DNA of 63,407 nucleotides, counting the filler, from Octopus bimaculoides (taxonomy: Eukaryota), in NCBI RefSeq assembly GCF_001194135.2. It is 4 parts of 4 records of this genome, joined end to end, with 100 filler letters (N's around TTAATTAATTAA, not from the genome) between each part and the next. Parts side by side here need not be neighbours in the genome. Positions count along the whole stretch, not along the records: positions 1 to 23,146 come from NC_068989.1; 3 more parts are not named here. One strand, 5' to 3'. The position numbers and the translations under genes are program-made. Shown here one piece after another: positions 1 through 12,053 of the stretch. Below the pieces are notes generated by a model. That model was not told the DNA's origin. It worked only from the letters and a program-made list of their open reading frames with translations, and made no database searches. Numbering within the stretch: the first letter of the stretch is position 1; each line of letters begins with the position of its first letter.

Positions 1-188
1 GCCGGGTCTTCTCACGCACAGCACATTTCCAAAGGTCTCGGTCAGTAGTCATCGCCTCGGTGAGGCCCAATGTTCGAAGGTCTTGCCTCACCACCTCAGC
101 CCAGGTCTTCCTGGGCCTACCTCTTCCACGGGTTCCCTCAACTGTTAGGGAGTGGCACTTTTTCACGCAGCTATCCTCATTCATTCTA
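1..188 (-). mobile_element. RTE-clade LINE, 3' ORF fragment
   Basis: Minus strand translates RMNEDSCVKKCHSLTVEGTRGRGRPRKTWAEVVRQDLRTLGL, the GRGRPxKTW C-terminus of RTE ORFs. Same family as 57980-58100. Confidence 0.8.
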
Positions 189-223
189 TATATATGTTCT
201 CACTGGGGGCTACATAGCTCTTT

Positions 224-363
224 TGGCGTTAGGAAGGGCATTCAGCTGTAGAAACTCTGCCAGATCAGATTGGGGCTTGGTGCAGCCTTCTGGCTTGCCA
301 GTCCTCAGTCAAATCGTCCAACCCATGCTAGCATGGAAAGCGGACGTTAAACGATGATGATGA
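224..363 (+). mobile_element. RTE-type 3' tail repeat (5'-truncated), ends in (GAT)n
   Basis: TGGCGTTAGGAAGGGCAT..CAGCTGTAGAAACTCTGCC..GGAAAGCGGACGTTAAACGATGATGA. Near-identical copies at 6693-6835 and 13034-13173. Confidence 0.85.
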
Positions 364-711
364 AATATATATACACACACACATTTATATGTATATATTT
401 ACTTACAGTATAGGGTATATCATAGTTGTATGTATATACACAGCTTATCTGTACAGTGTCTATTATATCATTGGTGCACAGACTCCCTCCCACTCTCTTC
501 CTTGTAGAACCATTATTTCAGAAAATCTTATTTCAGTGTGTTTCCACTGACATTCATGTCACATTGAAGTCAATGGAAAATAGGTTTTCATGTTATGGCA
601 TGACTTTTCAGAAACACAGCCTTTCCATTATGTGAAGTGGTGGATATATATGTATATCCTGGCTATATGAATGTATAGTATAGTTTATATATATACACAC
701 ACACACACACA

Positions 712-835
712 CAGGATGTCCACAAAGTCTGGGTACATGAGGATTAACACATACTTTAAGAAATTATTTCTTATATTTAATTGTTTATGTTATGATTTTA
801 TTTACTCCATGTACCCAGTCTTTGTGGACACCCTG
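712..835. mobile_element. 124-bp Tc1/mariner-derived MITE
   Basis: 28-bp TIRs at 712-739 (CAGGATGTCCACAAAGTCTGGGTACATG) and 808-835, 2 mismatches. TA follows the right end. Confidence 0.8.
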
Positions 836-990
836 TATATATATATATATATATATACGTGTAAGGCAACTTATTGACTTAAATTTGACGGTCAAATATA
901 GCTTTATACAGAAATGTTGACAGGAATAAATTACATTAATAATGGATATTAGCGTCTAATCTCTCTCTTAAATTTAAATTCAAAACATTG

Positions 991-1028
<38 letters not shown>

Positions 1029-1072
1029 TACACACACACATATATACATATATATATGCGTGAATGTATAGT

Positions 1073-1104
<32 letters not shown>

Positions 1105-1556
1105 CGCACGCACAATAAGCATCATAATTGTATCTATACCTGTGGTATCCAACATGTCCTTCTGCCTTTAAGATAAGGTATGATGGTATAAGGAGATTTA
1201 TTGCTATTTCTGGAAGGTTTATCCACCAGCTACAGAACTCTCCATTGTGGTTGATGTTTGGCTTGAATACCTCTTGATTTGATGATGTATTGTGGGAAAC
1301 TATGGGTTGTTTGATAGGGGTGTAGTTTTATTGAAGAAAACTTGACTAGAGTGTTTATTATAGGATTTAAGGGTGTGATACCTACAGTTGATTTGATGTG
1401 AAGAGATACAAGTGGAATTTGATAGAAGTGGTTAGTGTTCGCTAGTTCAGAGGAGCTTCAACCATTGCAATATTAGTAGAAGTTGCTAAAGAAATGATGG
1501 TTGGTAAAGTAAGTCTTTGATAATCAGATCAGTTACTTCATATATATATTTATATA

Positions 1557-2428
1557 TAGGGTGTCCCAAAAGTCACTGATGGGTTTCACTTCTTAATAAC
1601 TTCCTTAAGTTTACAAATAAATGCACGAACTTTTGATACAATATAAAGGACATAATGGAAATTAGTGTGCACAAGTCAAATTTTGCAATACCACTACATT
1701 ACATATGAAAAATGACATGGCTTAAATGGCAGCCATTTTCGCCTCCGCACCACCGTGCTCTTTCCAAAACTTGCACCATAACACCCTCCAGAGTTTCAGA
1801 CCCCACTTCTCTGATTTCTCTATTGATGTTCTCCTTCAGTTGCACCAGGGTCTCCGGTTTGTTGATGTAAACCCCACAAGAAAAAATCCGAGCTAGTCAA
1901 GTCTGGGGGACGTGAAGGCAAGTTGATGTTGCCACAGCGGGAGATTATTCTCTCTCCAAAGCACTGGCATAGCAACTGCATTGTTTCTCTTGCAGTATGA
2001 GCAGTTGTTCCATCTTGCTGGAACCATGTGTTAAGTCTACTTTGAATGGCGTTCACGTGTCCCAGACTTGACTAACCCAGATTTTTTCTTGTGGGGATTC
2101 CTGAAAGAGAGGCTTTACATCAACAAAACAGAAATCCTGATGCAATTGAAGGAGAACATCAATAGGGAAATCAGAAAAGTGGGGTCTGAAACTCTTGAGG
2201 GTGTTATGGTGCAACTTTTGGAAAGAGCACGGACATGCGAAGCTGAAAATGGCTGCCATCTAAGCCACGTCATTTTTCATATGTAATGTAGTTGTGTTGC
2301 AAAATTTGACTTGTGCACACTAATTTCCATTATGTCCTTTATATTGTATCAAAATTTCATGCATTTATTTGTAAACTTAAGGAAGTTATTAAAAATTGAA
2401 ACCCATCAGTGACATTTGGGACACCCTG
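1557..2428. mobile_element. Foldback derivative of a DD41D (rosa/VS-type) Tc1/mariner transposon, two 3' ends head-to-head
   Basis: Ends (T/C)AGGGTGTCCCAAA..TTTGGGACACCCTG. About 360-bp inverted arms both encode the transposase C-terminus. Minus ORF 1820-2056 has QQD-41 aa-DFFLWG. Confidence 0.85.
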
Positions 2429-2548
2429 TGTATGTATGTATGTACGTGTGGTTGGGAGGCAAACTACTTAAGCACAGTCATTTTAAATATTTTATATATA
2501 TATATCATCATCATCATCATTGTTTAATATCTGCTTTCTATGCCTTCC

Positions 2549-2583
<35 letters not shown>

Positions 2584-2601
2584 TACGCATATATATATAA
2601 A

Positions 2602-2836
2602 TGTGGTATATGGCTTAGTGGTTAGGGTGTTGCACTCAAAATTGCTAGATTGTGGTTTTGATTTCTAGACCAAGCCTTGTGTTGTGTTCTTAAGCAAAAC
2701 ACTTCATTTCATGTTGCTCTGCAACCATTTCATCATCTGACATGTGGCATATCACATACTTGTACAGTTAATGTTGATTTGATGGAGAGAATGAGCTAAT
2801 GTGAACACAAGCAGTTGATCACTATAAGCAAATCAG
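2602..2836 (+). mobile_element. tRNA-derived SINE, family A (CpG-decayed copy)
   Basis: A-box TGGCTTAGTGG at 2611-2621, decayed B-box, body TTAAGCAAAACACTTCAT..GAGAATGAGCTAATGT shared with 27800-28020. Confidence 0.75.
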
Positions 2837-3397
2837 TTGTTTGGTTGTTCAGCAAGAAATTGCAAAACCCTCATACATTGTCTAACGATGGGAAAGACCA
2901 TGGTATTTATATATTCAATTAGTCTGGGTGAAGGCGACATACCCATGTCCTTAACAAGCTCTCCAGACAGGCCAACAAGAGTGCCTCTTCATGGGTGCTT
3001 GATCTGCAAGAACTAGCGACCAAATCTCTCTCCGATCACATTCTACTATCTTCTATAAAGACAGAACACATTGTATAATGTAATCCTATACATTCCTCAA
3101 AGTGATGAGAGGTTCCTGCTTGGAATATTTGATCATACATTGAGCCTGCTTGATCATAGTTGACCTGCAGCTAAAGACACATAAGAGACATTTCCAAAAA
3201 AACTGGACAGTGAAAAGAGTACAATATAATCATATGCAATTAAAGACTGCATGTCAAAATGTGCCCTGTGGCCCTGAGGTTCTGATCTCACCTGGAATAC
3301 ACAGCAACATTTTTTTTTTATATATAAATTTTTTTTATCTCTAGTTCAGCTGAGGCCATACTATATTAGTTTTTGGCTAATATTATTTCAGTTATTA

Positions 3398-3553
3398 AGG
3401 CGGTAGGCTGGCAGAATTGCTAACATACTGGGCAAAGTGCTTAGCAGCATTTTATCCATCTTTATGTTCTGAGCTCAAATTCTGCAGAGATCGACTTTGT
3501 CTTTCATCCTTTCAGGGTTGATAAAATAAGTACCAGTTGAGCACTAGGGTTGA
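3398..3553 (+). mobile_element. tRNA-derived SINE, family B (CpG-decayed copy)
   Basis: AGGCGGTAGGCTGGCAGAATTGCTAAC..CTTTCATCCTTTCAGGGTTGATAAAATAAGTACCAG aligns with 24932-25145 and 28986-29200. Confidence 0.8.
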
Positions 3554-5780
3554 AAGTTTTGAGTATAACTCCTGTCAGAGAAAGTCAGTATTAGATATTG
3601 AAGTTGTGTTAATCAACTGGACCACTTTACTAAAAATTTGCTGTAAATTTAAACAAAGCATTATGATGATTCAGAAGAGCTCAGAAGAAGATACTTTTGC
3701 TGTATCTGATGTTGGCTACCTCATTCTGAGTCGAAAATACTGTCGTGGTCGATGTAGTTTTTCCCCTCTTTGAAGTTTATATTTTTGGTAAAATATATGT
3801 CTGGAAAACCTTGAATATGCTTCAAATAATTGTCTCAGCATCTACTTGAAAATTAAAAAAAAAAAATTGTTGTACTGGACTAACAGAATTGCTAGTTTAT
3901 TAGATAAAATACCATATTAGCTTTAGATTTCTTGTGAGTTGAAATTTTCTTTCATTTCTCTTGAGGTTGACAAGATCAAATACCAGTTCATCATCATTTT
4001 AACATCCTTTTTTCCATGCTTGCAAAGAACAAAGTTTATCGAGGCAGATTTTATGGCCAGATGCCCTTCTCGTTACCAACCTTTGTTTCCAAATAAGTTA
4101 TTTCCCATGGCCAGGCATGTTTTTGCTGAATATTAAAAATGAATGCCACTGCTTGTATGACAGTCATTTACAACTATCGCATAATGTTGAGACAAGGAGA
4201 CATACATACACGATGGGATTCTTTCAGTTTTCATCTACCAAGTCCATTCATAAGGCTTTAGTCAACCTGAGTGCCACACAGGGGTCTGAACCTGAAGCAA
4301 ACTTCTTAATCACACAACCATGCCTGCACAATTGGAGGTTGGTGGGACAAATTACACCCCTTTCTCAAAATGTGTGGTTGTGTATCTATGCAGAAGTCAT
4401 TGTTGTTGACTTAGGCTAAGATAAATCAGAGGTTTTAATGTCTTTAACATCTTACTTTGGTAAAGATTAACATTTTAAAACTGCCTGCTTCATTATATCA
4501 GAGTTTATAATGTTTTCTCCATATAATCATATTTGTTTATATGGAAAAATTTCTGAGAAGTTCAGTATCTTTTGACAATAAATAGTTACATTGCTCTAAA
4601 GCTATTAACTGTTTTGTTACCAAACAACTTGAAACTGCCCCTGGTTCTAGGACATAAACTTTCTGTTTTAAAGTGATCTAAATTAAAATTTTTCATCAAA
4701 ATTTCATGCTAATTCATGTTGCAAGCCCCACTTTAATGTTGACAAAATTATTTTATTGAATTGTTCATTATTTTAAAAATTAATTGAAGCAAAGTTGGAT
4801 TTCAGAAATATGGTAAGAAAAGGGTCATATTTCAGTTTTGAGTTAAATAAAGGAGATGGTTTATTGACAGTAATACTGTTCCTTACACAAGGTTTGTTAA
4901 CTTAGTTTTGGCAGTTTGCTTTTTTTTATTATTTTTATTTTTTTACATTTCGATTTCAAATCTACTAAGTTCTTTCTGCTTTGCCTTTCATCTTTCTTGT
5001 CTTGGATTAGATAAGCTACATCACAGCACCTTTCAAGTAAACCCTTCCCCCAAATTTTTAAGGCTTGTTTCAAAGTTAGAAATCCTAAATTAGTTTCAAA
5101 TCTGACACTCTGTTTATTTATTTATTTATTTTGGGGGTGGGTGGTTGGTTTACCATGATTGTGTAGTTTTGATACTTCTATTGACCCACATCTCTTGACT
5201 ATGAAGTTTTGCCAGCTTGGTAGAGTCACATCTTTCAATAACATATTTTTACCATGGTCAGAAAATTTTGCTAATTCTATAAGAATCATATCTGTCAACA
5301 GCATATTTTTACTTTGGTTGTTGTGGAAGTTGTAGAGTATTATAGGAGTATTGACATTATGACTAAATACAAATTGTTTTGTCGCTTAATCATAGCAGAG
5401 GTGTTTTTGTTTATTATCATTTTCACTTTGTGATGGTTAGCTTTGCGATCTTGTCTCACTTCCCACTCCGAGCTACTTGCGTGTGTGCTTTTGTTTTCCT
5501 TGCTATTCTAACGATCTTGGGCTAAAGTTGACTATTTAAGACATCTTTTAGTTATTTCCTGTCTTCAGCTCCAACTAAGTCCTTTTTATGTCACTGATTT
5601 TATTTAACAAGCAATAAATAAAATAAGATAATTTCTTTTTCTTCATAGCTAAGGGTTTGTCAGTAATTTTCTTGGTCCTATGCCTTTCTATGTACATTAT
5701 ATTTTTTAAATCATAATCTGGGTTGGTTTCTCTTGAGAGTTTCCTCTTAGTGATACATAACGTTCTTTTTGTTTCTATAG

Positions 5781-5861
5781 GAAAAACCTGTCCAAAGTCA
5801 AATACACAAAACCCAGGGCTCTACCACGATACGCCATCGTCAATGTGTACCTATGCGGCAG
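5781..5861 (+). CDS. Candidate 81-nt cassette exon (possibly PPM1G, phase 1/1: GKTCPKSNTQNPGLYHDTPSSMCTYAA)
   Basis: Acceptor CGTTCTTTTTGTTTCTATAG, donor CAG|GTTTGT, length a multiple of 3, no stop in any frame, compatible with the phase-1 start of exon 13369. No homology recognised. Confidence 0.45.
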
Positions 5862-6569
5862 GTTTGTTATAGATCCTCTTTCCTCCAGTTGTTTCTCTTA
5901 AGCAACATATTATATATGTGTATTCATGATGCAGTATAATATTTCATCTCTGGTATTGACCTTTATTCCAGCTTTGTTATAAATAGCTCATGATATACAT
6001 GTTATATAGACCTGTCTTCAGTCATTTCATTCAGGAGGTATAAGATCTTTAATAAAATTCAGTTTCCAATAACTGTGCTAGATTTTTTTTGGCAGTGGCT
6101 GTGTAATTTAAAGGTAGCAGGTTAGACTTCTAAATACTACGGTCATTACTTTACATTTAGCAATTAATATTTTTCTCTTTTTGGTTCCTTCAACTTGGTT
6201 GGCTCCTCTCACTTGCATGTTATTGTTTTGACTGTTTTGCTTACTCGTTCTACTGACAAAGGCCTGATTGGCATAGCAGTAAAAAACTGTCCTTGATGAA
6301 ATAATGACAATAATAATAGAGTTGTGAAGTCAGTGCTACGAGATATAAACCATTAGCTCCGATAATTCATCCAAATAAATGAATTTACAAAGCATCCAGT
6401 CTGTGCTGTCAAATTTTGTTTTGAAGCTTTTCAGTAAAATTGCTACCTGTTGATTTTGTTTATTTTATAAATAGTTATGTTGAGAATTTTTTTCAGTTTT
6501 CAAACAAATGTTTAACATTATAGTTTGTCAGAAGATTAGTTATGTTGTTGATATATTTTATTTGTGGAG

Positions 6570-6835
6570 CGAGATTGTTGCCAGTGCCCCTGGACTGGCT
6601 CTTGTGCGGGTGGCACATAAAAGACACCATTTCGAGCGTGGCTGTTTTCGTGCGGGTGACACGTAAAAGCACCCACTACACTCTCTGAGTGGTTGGCGTT
6701 AGGAAGGGCATCCAGCTGTAGAAACTCTGCCAAATTAGATTGGAGCCTGGTGTAGCCATCCGGTTACACCAGTCCTCAGTCAAATCGTCCAACCCATGCT
6801 AGCATGGAAAGCGGACGTTAAACAATGATGATGAT
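6570..6835 (+). mobile_element. Longer RTE-tail repeat with internal tandem GGCACRTAAAAG modules
   Basis: Two GTGCGGGTG(G/A)CAC(A/G)TAAAAG modules followed by the tail seen at 224-363. CpGs retained, so probably young. Confidence 0.8.
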
Positions 6836-7189
6836 AGCAGTTGATTTTTTTTTACTTTAACCTGTTAGCATTGAAATCAGCCATATCTGTCCAAAATAGT
6901 TTCTTTTATGTTTGAATCGGCCATATATGGGGTCTCTCACCTATCCTACAATATTATTCTAAAAAATAAACAATGCAAATGATTGAAATCTTGAAGCTAT
7001 GAGATAATGCATGATTAATTCAAAACAATGTGAAGCATTACATTTGACAGTCATCTGAAAGCTAAAGCGTTAAAAGTTATATTTATTTCTCTTCATGAAA
7101 GTTTTGTGATGTCTTTGTCATCACCATTTTAGTGTCTTTTTTCCATGCTTTTACTGGTCAGATGAAAATTTGTCATGACAGATTTTCTT

Positions 7190-7363
7190 TGCTGGTGCCA
7201 CATAAAAAAAAACACTCTGTAAAGTGGTTGGCATTAGGAAAGGCATCCAGTTTCTCAAACCATGCTAAAACAAACAATCAGAGCCTGGTGCAGCTCTACA
7301 GCTTACCAGCTCCTGTCCAACACATGCCAGCATGGAAAGCAGATGTTAAATGATGATGATGAT
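7190..7363 (+). mobile_element. Diverged RTE-tail repeat
   Basis: GTGGTTGGCATTAGGAAAGGCATCCAG..CATGGAAAGCAGATGTTAAATGATGATG, with CpG to TpG decay. Confidence 0.7.
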
Positions 7364-7838
7364 GGATGCTTTTCTTGTCACCAACCCTCACTTGTTTCAA
7401 GTAAGGTAACAGGAATTTCTGTCTAGGACCCTTGTATCTCAGTCTACATTTGCTCTACATAGACATACTTTTTTGGAATTAGAATGATCCAGGGATTGGA
7501 AATGTTTTTCATTTGGTTCTTGAACATCCAGCATTGGGATCAGGTCTGAATGAGTATTTGTTGTATGCTAACTGTCGAAAATCCAAATTTTAAAAGAATT
7601 CCAAACATTTGTGAACTTATAAGTTTTTCATTTAAACTGAATTTAAAGTAATACCATATTGGTAGGGTACCAATAAATGCTTTATTATTATTGCTCTCTT
7701 TAGTTTTGGGCCACAGGCCTTATTAGCCCTCTGCAGGAGCTAGCTTAAAAGTCCACACGGAGTGCGGATTTTCAGCTGGTATATATATATATATATATAT
7801 ATTATTTTGTTTAAAAGAGTTCCAACACTGTCTGTTTT

Positions 7839-8065
7839 TTATGTTTTATTTATATTCCTGCAGAACTAATGTGGGGTATAGAATATGGAATATATAAAAT
7901 AATATACAATATAAAATAAAATAAAATAAAAATGGATGGCACCATGAAAGAAAGTATTGAATGTAGATGAAATATTGAGTGTTCAATATAAAGGATCAAA
8001 TATATAAATATAAATATATAAAGGCGACCCCACATTAGTTCTGCAGGAATATAAATAAAACATAA
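7839..8065. repeat. 39-bp perfect inverted repeat around a 149-bp AT-rich spacer (MITE-like, abuts a gap)
   Basis: 7839-7877 TTATGTTTTATTTATATTCCTGCAGAACTAATGTGGGGT is the reverse complement of 8027-8065. Confidence 0.6.
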
Positions 8066-8383
8066 NNNNNNNNNNNNNNNNNNNNNNNNNNNNNNNNNNN
8101 NNNNNNNNNNNNNNNNNNNNNNNNNNNNNNNNNNNNNNNNNNNNNNNNNNNNNNNNNNNNNNNNNNNNNNNNNNNNNNNNNNNNNNNNNNNNNNNNNNNN
8201 NNNNNNNNNNNNNNNNNNNNNNNNNNNNNNNNNNNNNNNNNNNNNNNNNNNNNNNNNNNNNNNNNNNNNNNNNNNNNNNNNNNNNNNNNNNNNNNNNNNN
8301 NNNNNNNNNNNNNNNNNNNNNNNNNNNNNNNNNNNNNNNNNNNNNNNNNNNNNNNNNNNNNNNNNNNNNNNNNNNNNNNNNNN

Positions 8384-9655
8384 GTCATCTAAATAATGCA
8401 AAAATGAAAATAACACTGACATCTCATTTTAACAGATATATTTACCAAGATTACATAGAAATATCATGAAATAATAAAGAGTAAATTTATTCAATAAAAT
8501 CACCATTGGCTTCACCCCAGGCGACCTCCAGGTGACTTTGGAATTTCCTGCAACTCTTCTGAATGGTCTCCTTATTTAAGTTGGTGAATGTTGCAATAAT
8601 CCTTGCCTTCAGTTCATCTTTGGTGTTACAAGGAGTTTTGTTGGTCTCTCATTCGACCGCGCCCCACACATAATAATGAAGGGGATTGCAGTGTGGGGAG
8701 TTAGGTGGCTAGATGTTAGGGGTGTTGTCGCAGAAATTTTCTGACAGCCATGACTGGGTTCTGCTTGTGTGGCATGGTGTTGAGTCCTGTTGCCAGACAT
8801 AGGGTCTTCCAGTGACCACCCTCTTGACCCAGGGCAGGACTGTCTCCTCCAAGCACTTGATGTAAGCGTCCGTGTTGAGTTTGAGATCACGTGGAAAGAT
8901 GAATGGAGACATAATGTTGCCATCACTAGTGATCACTCCAAACACCATAATGTTGACTGGATGTTTGATTTTTATCCCTCTTGGTGCATGTTTCGAGGAC
9001 ATGACAAGCCAGCAGTTGTTCTATGTGGTCACTATCTGATCCTGGCAGAAATATTTCTCGTCTGAGAAAAACGAAAACATGTTCAGTTGGAGGGGGTGCT
9101 TGAGTTCAAAAGCTTCATAGTATGTTCTTCCTTTTGTCCTTGATGACTTGGGGTAAAAATTAGCCCTTTCTCATCTTGTGACAGATACCAAATGTCTTGC
9201 ACTACCTGCCTGATAAGAAACTCAGACACTCCCGTGTCCCTGGTGATGGACCTCATTGACTTGGAGGGATCATTGTCAATTATGGCTTGGATCTCACCAA
9301 CAAATTCAGGAGTTCTTTTCTTATCAGAATGATCAGAGTCAGTTCTCTGAGCTGCTGTACCTTCGTAATTACCATTATACTCATCGAACTCTTTCCAATT
9401 CCTCTGCACTGTCCTCAGATTTGACGCCCAAACATTCTGAAATGTTCATATTGGAGCTTCCGGTGCGAATGCCAAGCAGTAAAGTATGTCGTTTCCAAAT
9501 TTCTGGCAGAATGAATTGTGTCATGGTACTGTTTTTCTCACAGACGGTGCCCAACTGACCCTACTATACTGTGTAGTCAACAAAATCAAAAACAAACAAT
9601 GCACATGCACAAAATTAAAAATATGAAATGGCAACAATTTACCCATCGCACCCTG
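8384..9655 (-). mobile_element. Degenerate Tc1/mariner transposon, probably maT/DD37D-like; left end lost in the gap
   Basis: Minus strand reads KHPVNIMVFGVITSDG..YVWQQDSTPCHTS..PPNSPHCNPLHYYVWGAVE. Terminus TA|CAGGGTGCG at 9655. Stops and frameshifts present. Confidence 0.85.
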
Positions 9656-9689
9656 TATATATATTTCTGTATGTGTGTGTGTCTTTGTA

Positions 9690-9900
9690 TCTGTGTTGGT
9701 CCCCTACCACCTCTTGACAACTGGTGTTCGTGTACTTATTTCTGACCCTGTAACTTTAGTGGTTCAGCAAAAGAGACCAATGGAATAAGTACCAATCTTT
9801 GAAAGAAAAGAAGTACTTGGGTTGATTCATTCGACTAAAATAAAATTCTCCAAGTGACTCAGTATGGCTGCAGTCTAATGACTGAAGTATGTAAAAGGTA
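9690..9900 (+). mobile_element. 3' half of tRNA-SINE family C
   Basis: CCCTGTAACTTTAGTGGTTCAGCAAAAGAGACCAATGGAATAAGTACC aligns with 46340-46545 and 49770-50020. Confidence 0.7.
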
Positions 9901-10249
9901 AAGGATAAGTGTTGAACCACCAACTAACTAATATTATATGTTTCTACCAATGGTGGCAAAAGTATTCTCAATATTACCTATCATGTGAAAGGTAACCCTC
10001 TAGTAAGTATACTGGCCAATGCAATCAGTTTTACTTTCCTTTATGGGACAGACAAATCAAAAGAGATTGAAACTGCTAATTAATAGATGATGATATAGAT
10101 ATGAGATGAAGATGGTAGTGTCATGATTACAAACATACAAGTTCACATTGTGTTAGTCATTTAGTTGTGTTTTCAAACAAAGCTTATATTTTCTTAATAC
10201 AGTTCTATAGTTGAGAGATGAGGAATTATGTACATTATTTAATTATTTA

Positions 10250-10432
10250 CATTTGACGGATATTTATCCACATTTTTTTTGTTGTTAACACGTTTTGGCT
10301 GATGTACTCTCCAGCCTTCATCAGGTGTCCTAAGGTATTTTTCCTATGTTATTATTATTATTCAGGTCACTGCCTGGAATCAAACTCGGAATCTTGGGGT
10401 TAGTAGCCCACACTCTTAACCACTATGCCATA
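10250..10432 (-). mobile_element. tRNA-like Pol III head followed by a decayed hammerhead-like motif
   Basis: Minus strand: A-box TGGCATAGTGG, B-box GAGTTTGATTCC, (AAT)n, then GACAC-CTGATGA-A-GGCTG-loop-CAGCC-AAAA-CGTGTT (GAAA decayed to AAAA). Confidence 0.55.
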
Positions 10433-11738
10433 TACTCATGGACAATTATGGAGTGAATTTTAGGGCTTATAAATCTAATATTTTTCTATCCTTCCTTAAT
10501 ACCGGTTCCCATATTTTCTTGATTGAAATTATGAAAGAAACCTAGTTATAAGGGCACTTGCTCTTAACTATTTCATTTAAAAGTACGCTGGCCGAGAAAC
10601 ATGGTTTGGTCAATGAAAAAGAATAACATCCAGTTTCCTTTTCCTTGTGGGAGCTTACCTGTCATGATGTAAAGTATTGTAACTGTTGCAATAATTGTCT
10701 ATTAATTTTGGTCTCAAGTTGTCTTTCTTTCTCATGATCAAAGGTTTTCCAGTTCTGTCCATCATGTTTTATTACTGTTATTTTCTGACAATGCATCTTG
10801 AGCTACATTATCCAATTTATCCAATATATCCTTAAATTTAAACTGGCCACATCTGGCCCAAATATTCTACCTGTTTTATGTCCAAACTGGCCAGATTTGG
10901 CCTTTCATACCTACCTGCTATGTCATACTGAAAATAAACAGTCGCATATTTGAAATCCTGAAGCTACAAGATGAATGCATGGTTAATTCAAAACAATGTA
11001 AATAGATATGAATTACGCTTGATAGAGTAATCTGAATGCTAAAGGGTTGATTTTTTTCAAGTGTGTGATTTGAAGAAGATTTGACCTATGATTTTAGGGA
11101 AGTTGGGTAAATCACAGACATTTGGTACTAGTTGAAATAAATGTCAGCACATTATTTCTGCTCTGTCTTGATTCTAATATCATTCTATATCACTATCCAT
11201 ACTTTTTTCTTTTTTTTATAAAGATGGTGATATAGAAGTATTATGCCTTGCAGCATTTGTTTTATTATAAAAAAAGTACTTCAGTTATTCACATGTAATC
11301 ATCAACAATTAATATCTGTTTTCTATGTGAACATGGGTTGGACATCAAAGCTGTTTTAAAAGATATACAAAAGCTTCATTCAGTCTCTAGGTCACTGAAA
11401 ATTGTGAATAAAAAATTCTTGTTGTAATTGTGGTGATTTACAAAAGACAAAGGAATATTAGAATTAGCCATTATGTTTATTTTGTAGCAATTAAGTTGTG
11501 GGATAGGTATAAAATATTTCATTAGACCATCTTGATTACAGTGAAGTCTGGTTGTATGTTGCTTCACTTGAAAGGGGAGTTTTGCTAACCAATAATGAGA
11601 ATTTTTTTTTTTTACACATATTGCTACCAATATTCTAGAGTCTTCAGCTGCTTTTGTCTGAAATTTTTACCTTATACATTGTGGATTTTTGTACTCCCCA
11701 AAGCTTATGACCTCACTATACGCATGTACACATGTATA

Positions 11739-11771
<33 letters not shown>

Positions 11772-11778
<7 letters not shown>

Positions 11779-11890
11779 AACATAATTAAGGGATCAGCAA
11801 ACATTTGCTTCACCATATACCGAAATAGCAGCTAAAAAAAGCTGAGACTCCAACTGATAGCTTGCTGATCCCTTAATTATGTTTATAAAT
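11772..11890. repeat. Short hairpin element with 29-bp perfect inverted repeats next to (AT)n
   Basis: ATTTATAAACATAATTAAGGGATCAGCAA (11772-11800) is the reverse complement of 11862-11890. Confidence 0.75.
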
Positions 11891-12013
11891 GTATGGGAAC
11901 TTTTAAATAAGTTCTCCACTGATAATGGTGCTTACATACCGAAGGGCTTGGTAAAAATTATTAATTGTTGATTTATTAATAAATTGATAAATCTTTACCC
12001 TTTTAATTTGTAA

Positions 12014-12053
<40 letters not shown>

